Assembly: GCA_048013815.1 (NCBI GenBank)
Contig: CM106586.1
Coordinates: 21,886,001 to 21,950,000, forward strand
Direction of reading: 5' to 3'
Source of the DNA: Setoptus koraiensis
Taxonomy: Eukaryota > Animalia > Arthropoda
Length of the DNA stretch: 64,000 nt
The position numbers and the translations under genes were made by a program. Of the stretch, positions 38,962-51,965 are shown in pieces. The stretch's first letter is position 1, and each line of letters opens with the position of its first letter. Under the pieces are notes generated by a model, which saw only the letters and a list, made by a program, of their open reading frames with translations, did not search any database and was not told the origin of the DNA.

Positions 38962-41900
38962 TAACATTGTTTATTCATAAAGATTGTTGGTTTTATCATT
39001 GTTCAACACATTCAGCCGCACGGACATTTGCCCGCGACGACACTAACAAGCCGCGCCGGTCTAAGCGCCGGGTGTGCCGGCCGTCCGCCGGTCGGGCCGT
39101 CCGGCGGCCGGTCGCGGCCGGTATCTGGCCAGCGGCGACCGCTGCCAAGAGCGAATGCAATTATCTCTTTGTTGTGGAAATTATTGTCCTCTCACAACAA
39201 TAATCACACGATTATCACTGTGCGAATGCGCTTGTGTGTGCGTGTCGACGACAGGGCCGAATCTCGGTGTCAGACTGTCAGTTGAACAAGTTACCTGTGC
39301 GCTGTGGTTGCCGTTGTTGTTGTCAAATATGCTTAATTCTTTGGTTTCGAACGCGGCCAGTCGGACAATTCGCACAATTAGGGCCCGAGACGGGCGATAG
39401 GGTTGCTGTGGTGCATCAATCATGCGGTGGGCGGGTCGCCAGTTCGAAGCGAGCGCCCGAGCACAACAATGCACGGCGACGCATGCAAACGAGCCTCGTT
39501 GGCCGGTTCGCGGTTCGCAGTTCGCGGTTGGCAGCGCGCGGCCCGCCAACCCGCGCTCGACCGTGCGCGTTCGACGCCGACCAGACGAGCCGACGAGACG
39601 AGGAGACGGCCAAAAAGACAACAGACAAAACAGTTGCAATCACGCACCGACCGACCGCTCACCGTTGGCGGCGCCCGAAATGAGCCACTCAATAGATTGG
39701 ATTTTTTAGCGCGGCCGATCATGTCGCTAATCACTTTTCGACGGTCACTCTCGAATCGATTACATTGTGTGGCACCGCGAATCAGCGCACCATTTTACCT
39801 GACAATTGTGAGATGCTCGCTTTCGGCCGATTGTGGGCCGAATTTTCGTTGTTGCCCCAACATTTGCCGTGATTTTGTGTGCAGATTCGCCGTGATTTTG
39901 TTTGCGGATTCGTCGTGATTTTGTGTGCAGTCGCGAGCTTATCGCAAGCAACCATCTCGAACAGCAACAGTTGCCTGTGCACCGTGCGCTCATGTGCCGC
40001 AACTCGATGATTTATTGCCACAAGTATGGCAGCGCTTGGGGCTCCCCATTCGCACAGTGCAAGTTGCACTGGGCCATGTTCCGATGTTCGCGCTGCGCCC
40101 GCGACAAATGATGAATGGGCTCAGTTCGGGTGACATTTTTTCGTTTGTTCTGGTCGATTGTACACAGTGTACAATTTGTGAGAAAAGAGTTGTGTTTGCG
40201 CGCAAATCTCATTAGAGAAAATCATTTCGGAGATGTGGCCAGATAAGCTCTCACTCTTGTCAGTTGGCGGATCGGATCACACCGGCACAGGTAGTGTCGC
40301 CGAGCGGTGACAGCCACAACAAACGAGCACGCACGACACAAACAAAAGAGCACAACGACGACAACGACAACAACGACAGCGACAACAACGACAACAAGTT
40401 TTGTTGTTGTCGTCGTCAACAAAACTCATATTTGGTCGCCTCAGGTGAGTCGCGCTGTTGTCACCAACGGCAGCGACGGCAGCGCCAACAGCGACCACAA
40501 CGACAACACGACAGCAACGACAACAACGACAACGACAACAACGGCAACGACAACAAGTAGCGCCGAAAGCGATTAAGCTGACCGCCAGCACGAGCCGATA
40601 AAGGCTCGTCGAGCGACAACAAAGCAGCAGCAGCTCGACAAAGAAGCCAGAAAAGAATAATGGACAAATGGACAAATGGATAAATGGATAAATGGATAAA
40701 TGGAGAATAAAAAGTCAATTCGGTGCTTCTTTTGCGCCGCCGAATGCGCAAAAGAAGCTCCTTTCAAATGTCGACGCTCGTTTGTTCGGGCCGTCGCCGG
40801 GCCAGACGGGCCAAGAATCGTGATACCGCTTGCGATGCCGCTTGCGACTTGTGACCGGCAAAGGCCAGGGCGACACAAAAGGGAGCACACAAAAGACTTG
40901 CAACTTGTAGGTTACAAGTGGCAACTTCTGGGGGCCACTTGCCAGCCACATGACTCATGACCCGGCTCGGCGCGGCGCGGCTGTCCGCGCGCCCGTCTCC
41001 CGAACGCCGCCCGTTGCCGGCGCGTCATTCGCGCCGCCGAGACAGCCGATGGGAGTCACAATTGCGCGGCGCAATCGCGGCGCACAATTGGAGCTATTCA
41101 TTAATGGCCGCTGCTGCTGATTAACAGCCTGTTGGCCAGTGTTTTTCTGGCGGCCGTCGTGGCGATCGTTTGCATCGGAATAGTCGGCACTCGGCCGGGC
41201 CGGGCCGGCCGACCAGCCGATCGGGCGAGCGGCCGGCCGTCCAGCCGATTGGGCGAGCGGCAACGCCTCTGAGTGTGGCGATCGAGCGGCGCTCGGAATT
41301 GGCCGAATCCAATTGCGGCGAGCATCGCCGACCGATTATCATCTGCTCGCGAGTTGGCTGGCCGCGACCGGCCAATTGCCGGCCAATTGCGAGACACACA
41401 AACTAAACTAATCAATGATAAACCTGTTGTAGCTATTATTGTTGCATCACCACTGTGTCGTCGCCTTTTGCCGTTGGCCAACAACAACAACAGCGGCAAC
41501 AACAACGGCAACAACAACGGCAACAACAACGACAACAACAGCGACAACAACAGCGGCAACAACAACGACAACAACAGCGACAACAACAACAGCAACAGCA
41601 GCGACAACAACGACGCCGGCCAAAAGTCGGTTAGTGTCAGTTGTGTAATTATTGTTGATGTGCGACACGCAATAGCTATTATGGCCAGTGAGGGGCCACT
41701 CGTGTGACGTCTTCCATTTAACAAGTTGTTGTTGTTGTTGTTGCTGTTGTTGTCGCTGTTGTTGCGGCAACGGCAACACCGACTGACACACAAATGCTTG
41801 TGCGCCGCCCAATGGCCGACTCGCAAATGATTGCTCTCTCCTCACCTTGATAATTTAACACATGCGCCTTGTAATTCCAATCGAGTAATTATTTGAATAA

Positions 41901-44900
41901 CAACAGCGCAGTTCGGACAGCTCGAATGGCTTTTAATGTTATCGTCACATTCATATATTGTGTCGAAATTACAATCTGTCTGTATTGAAGCACGAAGGCG
42001 ACCATTGAGTCGCAACAACCAGCAAACAAACAAACTCGCCAGCAGACAGCAAGCACTAACGACACTCGAGAGGTGCGTGTGTGCCCGCAAATTCCAGCCT
42101 TGCGTTGCCATACCTGGCCGCCAGTTGGCCGCTTAAAAGCTGTGTGTTAATACCTGTGCCTATAAGCGAGCCTGTTGCCTGCCCGACAGGTGAGTTAGAG
42201 TTTAAATTTAGCTCAGGTGAGCGGCGGCTCATTTGTTTGAATGGTGGCGCTGTGGCGACCACGCGAGAGCCTCGCTAATGAGCTAATTGGCGCCAAACAA
42301 CCAATTTTGCGTTTGCGTTTGCCTGTCTGGCCACAACTACGGCACGCAGTATTGCGCAATAATATCGCCATTATTGCCCAACGATGGCGTTGCCTCGATA
42401 GTGGCGCGTCGATAGCGGCGCGCTGATACTGGCGCGCTGCTGATACTGGCACGTCCTTGTAGCACGTGGCGATAAACTATCGCCAGCCCGGCGTGTTGCG
42501 CCATTGTTGCTCAATGGTTCCATTGACCGGCCATTGACCAATCGGACACAGTCGGGCAACAGCGGCCGGCGGCGCCCGAGACAGCGGACACCCGGCGGCC
42601 GGCCAAACAAGTGCGCACCGGCCGCACAATGGCAACGCAATAACAGTGCCATCACAGCGTAATCACAATGCGCTCGCAACGCAATCGCCGACAAATCGCC
42701 CAGCAATCACAACACATTCACAATGGCACACCGGGCCGGCAGTATCACAAATATCCGATAATTATCCGTCGTGAGCGCGGCAGTATCGTCGGCCGGCCGG
42801 CGAGTCGCAATTATGCAACACGCGCGCGCTCAACATTCGACAATCTCAAGTTGAGATGATGGCCCGAGCAAAAGTTAACAACAAGTCAGTCGACATCGCA
42901 CCAGATGCGGGCGCCCCTGGCGGCGGGCCCTCAAAGTTGGGCAGCGGGGCGGAGGTTCGTGGCGCCAGCATCGCCGCTGGTGGCTGCCGCCAGCAAACTC
43001 TGTCAAACTGGCGAACTTGTCAGCGGGCGCCACGGTTGGTCCGCTGGCGGCTGCCACGAGTGGCCGGTAATTTTACCTGTTGGCCCGAGCGGTGCGCTGC
43101 CGCTGGCGCGGTTATTTGCGCCGGCCAAGCGGCCGACGGGCATGTAAACATGGCACGGTTGCCGCTGACACTGCCATGATATTGTGAGGCGGCGATGATA
43201 TTGTGATAGTTGTGCGTCGATGCCAAAATTAGAATAGATTATTGTTGCCATAATCTATTCTGACTCGCGAGGTCGTGTCGTCGGTGTCGCCGTTGTTTCG
43301 GCTGCTGTTGCCGTTGTTGTTGCCGTTGTTGTTGTTGTCGCCGCTCGCCTGTCAGGCGGCGCTGATTTCGCGCCAACCGGGCCGACGCGGCCACGAGCGG
43401 CGGTCACGAGCCGACCGGGGCCCGACTGAGCCGCCGAACCACTGGGCACGGACCGACCGACCGGCCGATCGACTGGGCGACTGGGCGACCCAGAGGCCGG
43501 GCGACTCAGAGACCGGCCGACCCAGAGACCGGCCGACCCAGAGACCGGGCGGCAGTGGAACAATGGCGATGATTGATTCGGGCACTTGCCACTGTCAGCG
43601 GGCCGCTCGCCGGTCACCTGGCCGGCCCGTGGCGGGCGCAGTTAGTGTCAACCGCTCGTTGTCAGTACCACTTGCTGCTCCACTTGTGATTGGCGCCCTT
43701 TGGCGGTTGTCGCGACTCTCATTTCGTGGCCCATTTTTGTGTCGCCCGCACGGACAACGGTCAACAGTCAATCGATGCCAGTATGAATATGATTATGGCC
43801 GCCACCGTGGCGACAACTATCAATACAACGGTGCAAACTATATGCACCCTCACTATAATACCAGCGTCTGAGCTGTCGGTGCAACGGGCGCCACAACGGC
43901 GCGCACACGACCGTTTTGTCCGTTTTGTGGCCTCTCTTCTTCTCTGGCACCGTCTGGCACCGTCTGGCACCGTCCGGCACCGTCCGGCACCGGCTCGCAC
44001 CGACTCGCACCGACTCGCGCCAAGTCGCACCGGCATGCACCAACTCGAAACCAACTCGAAACCCGGTCGCACCGACCGGCACCGAATTGATAAAAGCGCC
44101 ATTGAAAGCAGCGAGCCGAGTGAACAGGTAAATTGGCTTCGCTCGGGCTGGGCCGACTTTGCCGGTGACTTTGTGGCGCACGATTGTTGCTCGATTGTTC
44201 GGCTCGACCGCGAACAGCGGAAAAGAATCACAATAATGGAATAATGGACAAGTGAGCGAGAACATGCATCATTTCTCGGCGTCGCCCGTAGCCATTAGCG
44301 GGCGCGGCAAGTGCTGGCGCAATTGACACGTCAGCCGCTTCGATTGGGCCCAGTTCTCGACCAGTTCGGCCGACCGATCGGCCGACTGCAAATCTTTTGT
44401 CATTGGCCAACAACAACAGCGCCAACAACAGCAACCACAGCAGCAACAACAGCGGCACCAACGACGACAACAGCGACAACAACAGCGACGACAACAACAG
44501 CAACGACAACGACAACAACAGCATCAACGGCAACACGCTCATTTGCATTCGTTCACCTTGATCGGGCGCCGGAGAAGCGCGCACAAAGGGCGCTCGGCCG
44601 GCATCATTATTCGGTCAGTCTATTAAATCATCATGATGGAAAACTTATTAATTGTCGGCCCGGTTCCTTTGAACCGCACACCGACGAGCGGGCCGCTTGC
44701 CCGCGCCGCGCGCTCACCTGTGCCGTCGGGAGCGCCTGTTATGCCGGCGCGGCCCGATACTATATCAACGGTATACATTGCGATGGCGCCGCCTGGCGGC
44801 CGGTGCAATCTAAATCGAGCCATGTATGTGCGATGTATGTGCGATGTATGTGCGGGCCCACCGCTGGCTAGCTCGGCAATTTGTCTCTGCTGACGGCGCC

Positions 44901-46013
44901 CGGCCCGGCGCGAACACAACAATAACTGACGCAGTGCAATATCTGACCGGGCTAATTATCGGTGGCGCGCCGCTGGCCGGCCCGAATAAGCTAATGAGCG
45001 GTCTCATTAGCTCGCGTTGGCTCGGTCGCGCTCTTGCATGGCGGCCGCGTTTTCGCATGGAGGCCGCGTTTTTGCGTGGCGGCCGCGTTTCTCGCCCGAG
45101 CGGCCGGTCGCGAATTTGTGAAACTTTGTGAAATTATGCGGGCGCGCTCACAAGTTGCTCAGTGGCCCGTTCGCAGTTGCTGTCGCTGCTCGTTGGTCGC
45201 TGGTCGCGGCTCTGGCGGCTGGCCGCGACTCGTTCGGGCCGGCGGCAGCCAGCGCAAACGCGATAGGCCGAGCGATGCCAGCAACAACCGCCGACGATTA
45301 GCCGGCCCGGCCCGGCGCGCGCGAGACACCGCCGCGGATAAACAAGAATCCCATAAAATCATCTAAATCATGTTGCGATATTGGCCATGATTATGACTGT
45401 TTGTTGGCACCATTCCGCTGGCCAACGGTCGGCCGCGAGAACGCGCACCGGGCGGCGAGAGTGAATCAATTATTTAACAATTACAAGAGATGCACGGTAG
45501 TTCTCATCGCGTATGCGTAATTGTAGCCGCTGCCGGCGCTGCTGTCAGCCCGTCTGGTCACCTGGGCAGCTGCATCTGCCGGCGAACTGGCGGATCGGAC
45601 TCGGCGCGAACTCGCCGCCGATTGGGCAACGGCCCGCTTCGAATTCGAATTCGAAGCCGAACTCGCAGCCGAAGCGAGCGGCAGCTAATCATGCGTGCAC
45701 CGTTCACACAATGAGACACCGATGAGACACTATGTAATGAGCGCCGCGATGATGAAATATCGCCAATAATTATCATTGTTGTTGCCCGATCAGCGGCACG
45801 CTGGCTGTCAGGCGCGATGGCTGCCGGCCGGCCGGCCGACCGGGCCACTTTGGCCGGCCCGTAGCTGCGCCGATCGGCCCGATGAATGATGACGGCGCTC
45901 GCAACGACGCCGCCTTTCCATCATCATGATGCAATCGCGCCGGTATCACACACGCATCGCATTATGTCGGCAATAACAACTGAATTGCAACCAAAATATA
46001 TATTTTGAGTGTG

Positions 46014-46114
46014 TATTTTGTGAATCGCCAGCCCCGACGATGATGATTCACAAAATATACACAAAATATACACAAAATATACTGAAATATACGCAAAATA
46101 TACGCAAAATATAC
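46014..46114. repeat. 11-bp tandem array (CACAAAATATA-like, about 6 copies) preceded by a 13-bp inverted copy
   Basis: 46,014-46,026 pairs with 46,045-46,057. A separate 16-bp palindrome lies at 45,992-46,007. Confidence 0.85.
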
Positions 46115-46613
46115 GGCAACGGTGCACAAAATATACACGAAATTTACAGCAGCGACGCAAAACATTTACGCAAAAATATTCACACAATGCATCGCTGCGA
46201 GCAGAGCGGCGCCCTCTCGAGGACACTCGGCGCAACACGATTGGCGAGGGCACGACAAAACGCTGAGCAGGTGAGCAGCGGTGAACAGTGCTGGTGGTGA
46301 CACGATATAGGACATTTTACACAAGGTGCCCTATATTGACACATGGGTGGTTGCTGTGTTGCTGTTGTTGAGTGGACATTGTTGTTGTCATTAGCGCAAT
46401 TGTTTGTTGTAAAAACAAACCGACGACCAGCGAGCCAGCAAGCTCACAACTCACGCCACTGGCTGGCCACTTGTAACTGTTATGCAATAATAATAACGGT
46501 CAGCGCCACAACATATTGCGTCACAACAGCGGTCAGTCATGGCAGTCATGGCAGAGAAATGCCAGTTGCGACCCTATAAGTGACACTAGTGACAAGTGGC
46601 CCTATAACTGTCA

Positions 46614-46698
46614 GTTGCTGTTGTTGCTGTTGTTGCTGTTGTTGCTGTTGTTGCTGTTGTTGCTGTTGTTGCTGTTGTTGCTGTTGTTGCTGTTGTTG
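46614..46698 (+). repeat. Perfect (TTGTTGCTG)n array, about 9 copies
   Basis: Read directly. Confidence 0.95.
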
Positions 46699-49600
46699 TG
46701 TTGACCCGCTCTGCTAGCTAGGTGATTGTTGGCTGATTAAGCAGCAGCACTATTGACACACACTGGCCAGCGTATTGCGTCACACCGCGGTGTGCTCACA
46801 ACACGTGCTGGCACGTCGCGCGCGTGCTGGACACACAGACATGCCAATGACATGTGCGTGTGTCCAGCCACAACTAACAAGCCACGACAACAGAGACAAA
46901 AACGCAATTGGGTCGAGTTGCCCAACAGCAGCCAACAACCGGCAACAACCGGCAACAACCGACAGCAACCGACCACGACCGACAACAATCGACAACCAAC
47001 AACGACAACAACCAACAACAAGCCGCTACTCGTAACGATGACCACAGCCAGTGACGTAACTGGCGCCATTGTGTGCCTGTTCGCTGTGTCACGTAATTAG
47101 GACGGCCAGTAACGCCAGTCGATAATATTGGGCAACGATATTAGGCGGCAGTGTTGCCCAACAATGTTACGCAACGAAATTGCGCACACAATATTTTGCA
47201 GTATTATCCGGTATTATGCGAATGTTATGCAATATTATGTGGACGTTGCGTAATGTTTGCTCGCTGCTTTTTACCCACGAACAAACACACCAATTCTCGC
47301 TCTAGATCGGCGATGGCCTGAGCTTGGCGCGAGCGGGCAGGGAGTGATTTACATTGCAAATGGATGATTGTGAGCCACTGTTCACTGTAAACAACAATTT
47401 TTACTTTGCACGCTCGCCAGCACGCCGGCCCGACCAGCGCCACGCAGCGGATAGCGGTCGACATGGGGCGGCCAGCGGAACCCGCAACGGAGCGGCGCCA
47501 ACACGCGCCGCACAAACGAGATGCAAACCTGATTAGATTAGTGGCGCGCATCGAGGATAAAATTATGCTAATATTGCCCGCAATGCCAAGTGTGCCCCAA
47601 TATGAAGTTGATATTATCGAGTGCGCGACCGTGTGTTTGCAACTAAATACCACGGCTCGGGCCAAGCCGGGCGCGCCAGTCGGGCCACTAGCGCCAAATA
47701 GCGCAAAATAGCGCAAAATAGCGCCAAGTAGCGCGAAATAGCGGGCGCGGCGGACGCGGCGGACACGACGGGCACGACGGGCAAACATTTATGGCAGACT
47801 GGCTGTTTGCACGTGCTGCTCGTTTGTTTAATTTGCCCGTTTGCTGCCCATTGGCACCATTGTCCGCTGCACAGCAAGCGCACGCGTTAGGCCCCCTAGG
47901 TGTCAGTTTGTGCAACCGGCAGTCTGGACGCCGGCACGAGCTGGCCGTTCGCTCATGTCCGGTTGCCGGCGTTCGGCCGGGCTCGTTGGCGGCCCGACGA
48001 GCGGCCCGCGTCGGGCCGGGTACCGCCGGCGAGTCGAGCGAGAAGGTATCATGGGCCGCGATACTGCACGACAAGTGGATCATCCGCGGACGAAGAAATG
48101 CGCGGACGGTGAAATCCGCAGACGGTGAAACCGGCTCGCAAGTTGCACAACGAGCCGGCGGTTCAGTTTCGGGCCGGCGTGACCGTGCAAATTTCAAGTT
48201 TGAACAGAGTGGATGTCATTTGCACGACCAACACCATTAGCAGCGGCAATTGTTTTTGTTTATTTGTGTCGTGGCGGTTGTTGTTGCTGTCGTTGTTGTT
48301 GTTGCTGTCGTTGTTGCTGTCGTTGTTGCTGTCGTTGTTGTTGTTGTCGTTGTTGTTGCTGTCGCTGTTGTTGTTGGCGCTGTCATGATCCTGTTGCGAG
48401 TCACAACTTGCCACTCGAGCGCGGCCATGTGAAGCAATCAATTCAATCTCGAGTGATACGCCACCAGGTGAACGAAACTAATTAATTCTGTGCTTGCGGC
48501 AATGACGCCGGCTTCATTACGGCATCGCCGGCGCTCCACATTGATGCGGCCGATGCCGCCGGAGCGGCCGTTTGCATGCGCTTGTTTGTAGCCATGTCGC
48601 TGTTGTGTCCATGGGCCGGCCAGTCGTGACGATGACGCACATGACGCGTATAACAACAACCGAGCAACAACAACCGAGCAACAACAACCAACAACAACGA
48701 CCAACAACAACAACGAACGGCCGGTCGAGACACATAATTTACAAAGTTGTTGCTGTTGTTTATGGACATTGCAAGTCGGCCGTGATTGACCGGCCCGGTC
48801 GTGATTCTTTTATGCCTTTGATTTGGCTGTCGCTGTTGTCGCTGTGGTCGTTGTCGTCGTCTCCCTCGCGCCGTCCTCTGTCGCCGTGTCTGTTGGAGCG
48901 CGTGGGTCATGCCGCAAACAGCGCCGACGAGCCGCGGAGCCGCAGCGCCGCAGCGCCGCAGAGCCTTAGAGCCGTAGAGCCGGAGGTCAGAGGCGACCGG
49001 AGGAGACAGGGGAGACCGGAAAAACCAAGGGAGACCGGGAGACCAGGGGAGACGGGCAGATAGCGAAGGTAGCAGAGATAGCAGAGATGGCAAAGATGGC
49101 AAAGGTGGCCTTGATTGCGCCCGGCAAAGCGGCTCAAATGAAATTGACGCCATTGACCGGACATGAATCGTGCACAGGTGATCGCGGGCCGGATTGTTGT
49201 TGTCGACAGTTGCATGGCACAACACGGTGATACGTTTAATTTGATGGGCAACGCGTGCTCGCTGATGGCCCGTCAGCGCGGCTCAGCTCCGCTCAGCCGG
49301 CCAGCGAAACCAAAATTAAGTTGGGGCGCAATTTGTTGTGTCGGTCAAACTTGAAGAGCGCCTCTCGTTTTAAAGTCGCAACACTCGCCCGGCGAGCAGC
49401 TTTGCCCGTGCTCGTTTGGCTCGCTTCGTTTTCGCTTGTTTCGCTCTGGCCACCGATTGGTCAGTTTGGGCCGGTGCGAGCGACCGTTAAATTGGAAATG
49501 ACATGACAGCCAAACAAGGTCGCTGCCATGCATTATACACATGATAATGCAGCGCCGGCCATGACAGCCCGTTTGTGGCGCATACGTGCAACTTGTCAAT

Positions 49601-51220
49601 CAATTGCACATCATGTCGCCTATAAACGAGTGCCAATACACGAGTATTGCCACTCGACAATCGTCCGCTCAGCTTGCGCCACTGACCACTGGTCATCGTT
49701 CGACACGATGAGCACTGTTGAACGAAGTGAGCTGGCTCATCTTGTGTTTTTTGCGCAGCGCACAGTATAATTATTTAATTATTGATTGGATTAGCCGCTG
49801 GCTCGTGCTCATCGGGTTTCTGCGGCCCCGGCCCGCCCAAGCGAACCCGACGCCTGCTCTTGGGCCGCTTCGAGTCAGCGGGTCGGCGGGTCGGCGGCCC
49901 GACCAACCGGCAATTGGTTCGGGCCAGCTGGCGTGGCACGCTAGTTAGCACGATTAATTATATGCGGCCATTGTTGTATTATATCGATGAGTCGATATAA
50001 TACAACAATCGCCCTCGATTTGTGCGATGGCTGCGATAAACTGACTCGGCCGCGAACCGACGCGCCGACGCACCGAGCGATAATTTCAATTGGCAACAAT
50101 GGAAATTTTCACCGCGAAATTCCAAGAATTCGAGCGAGCCCCGCGAGCCCAACGCTGCCCATCAGCTGCCACGAGCCAGGGTGGGCGTGCCGACTGTGAA
50201 CGGACGGCCAACATCGGGCCGGTCCGATAATTCAAAATGATCCGATCGCTTATAGATTGTCTATAGACACATAACTGTCATATCTGCGCTCGATGGCAGG
50301 CTCGTCAGTCTCGTCAATCTGTGTCACGTGTTCGCGGCCAATCGAAGCGATCGTCGCCATTGGGACGGGCCGTTCGAAATCATTCGCAGTCGGGACGATC
50401 GTTGGCAGCGATCGTTGGAATCGTCATTCCCAATCCGACTGCGAGTTCGACTGCGAACGCGACTGCGAATCCGAAGCCGAACGCGAATCCGAAGCCGAAC
50501 GCGAATCGATTGTCAATCAACGCTTGCGTCGCTGCTCGCGAAGCGGACACAGTCTCAATGGCGAATGTTTGTGCAACTAAACTGGTCGCCCGAAACTGAC
50601 AAGCCAGCTACGCCCCGCGCTGGTTTATTTTTGATTTTTCGCTGCTATTCACAATTTTTCGCTGCTTTTCGAAATTTTTCGCTACTTTTCGTTGTTTTCC
50701 GTCACTTTTCGCCACTTTGGCCGATTTCGCCAGGTTGGCCAGTTGCGCCGGTTTCGCTGAAACTGTTTTATCCACTATCGGGCATTCCGTCAGCAGCGAC
50801 GCGACGGCAAGTGAAAGTTGCACGCCAGCAGCGACCGTAATCGGAAATTGTCAGCTGTGTCGCACCCACGTTCTCGCTCTATTATTAGATTGCCAGCTCA
50901 CTTGCTGGGCCGGCCCACTGGCCAACGGCCAAAAGCAAACTGACCATCCAACCAAGACCAACCGGCCTCCGCTGACCAGTGACTGACCAGTGGCCAGTGA
51001 CTGACCATTGACCAGTGGCCAGCAAACAGCTCGTGAATGGCCATGATTTTTTGACATACGCTCATGTTATACGCGGCTATGTTGGTCGGCTCAGCAATTT
51101 CGAGACGGCTCATTCATGGGCAAACTTATTATCACGACACCCAAATGATAACCTACTCGACTCGCCTCACTCGCCTGACAAGCTCGTCGGGCCGGCTAAT
51201 TGGCACCCTCGCTCCCTGCA

Positions 51221-51276
51221 TATAAATACGCATCTCTGCCCGTATATAAATACCCGTCTCTCCTCGTATATAAATA
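51221..51276 (+). promoter_or_regulatory. Three TATAAATA boxes at an exact 24-bp period
   Basis: Boxes start at 51,221, 51,245 and 51,269, from a tandem triplication. Promoter function is unproven. Confidence 0.35.
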
Positions 51277-51824
51277 CCCGTCTCTCCCTATGTGATCATG
51301 TGCACGCTCGGGCCAGCTGCCGGCCGCTCGAGCGACTCAATTGAGACTCTTTCGAGCCGGCTCATGTCATGTGTCACCTGAGGCGCTCAAGTGTCACTTT
51401 GTTTGTTTGTTTGTTTAGCCTTTGACACTGGCTGCTTGATTGAATTGCAACCGCGCTCTCGAGCGAGCGCCGCCAAAACATAACAATTATATTGTCACAC
51501 GTCCCACGCGTCAATCGCTACAAAAACTGCGGTGTCAAAGTGGCTCGGCATGATGGCACAATTGGCACAACATGCCAAGTGTGCTTTCGAATGCCAAGTT
51601 CGGACACAATCGGACCGAATCGGACCGAATCAACAGAATCGGACGGAATCAACAGAGTCGGCGAGAAGCGTGGCGCCACCTCGCGCCCGAGCCTCGGATG
51701 AGTCGGGGATAAGTTGTGGGGCCTCATGGCATGATGCTCGTCGAAGCACAGTCACAGCGTTGGAGTGAGCGTCCAATCAATATACGGTTATTATTTATGG
51801 ATGTGCCTGAGTAACTGATTGCCA

Positions 51825-51965
51825 AACAGCTGATTGCCAAATGGGCCGTTCGCCTCACAAGTTGTGAGTCACAAGTTGTCAGCCGTCAATTGGCATTTGG
51901 CAATCAGCTGTTGTGTCTTGCAATGGCAATCAGCTGTTGTGTCTTGCAATGGCAATCAGCTGTTG
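51825..51965. repeat. 19-bp perfect inverted repeat enclosing a palindrome, followed by about 2.6 copies of a 26-bp CAGCTG-containing tandem unit
   Basis: 51,825-51,843 pairs with 51,894-51,912. Inner CTCACAA-G-TTGTGAG. Unit GGCAATCAGCTGTTGTGTCTTGCAAT from 51,899. Confidence 0.9.

Larger units (their letters stand above)
36943..39042 (-). mobile_element. AT-rich 2,074-bp insertion flanked by a 13-bp target-site-like direct repeat; family unassigned
   Basis: GCCCGCGACGACA at 36,943-36,955 and 39,030-39,042 exactly brackets a sharp GC drop (about 30% vs about 57%, by eye). A 23/25 inverted repeat lies at 37,054-37,078 and 38,970-38,994. Internal ORF remnants. Confidence 0.75.

Noticed and set aside
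43275-43871. 198-aa ORF with a signal-peptide-like Leu run
   Set aside because: GTG start; the hydrophobic run is a TTG/CCG repeat and the body is tandem-repeat derived.
48050-48160. LIM-domain-like RCATC...FTVRA...HLSC on the - strand
   Set aside because: The second zinc finger is missing, and the similarity comes from a roughly 16-bp tandem duplication.
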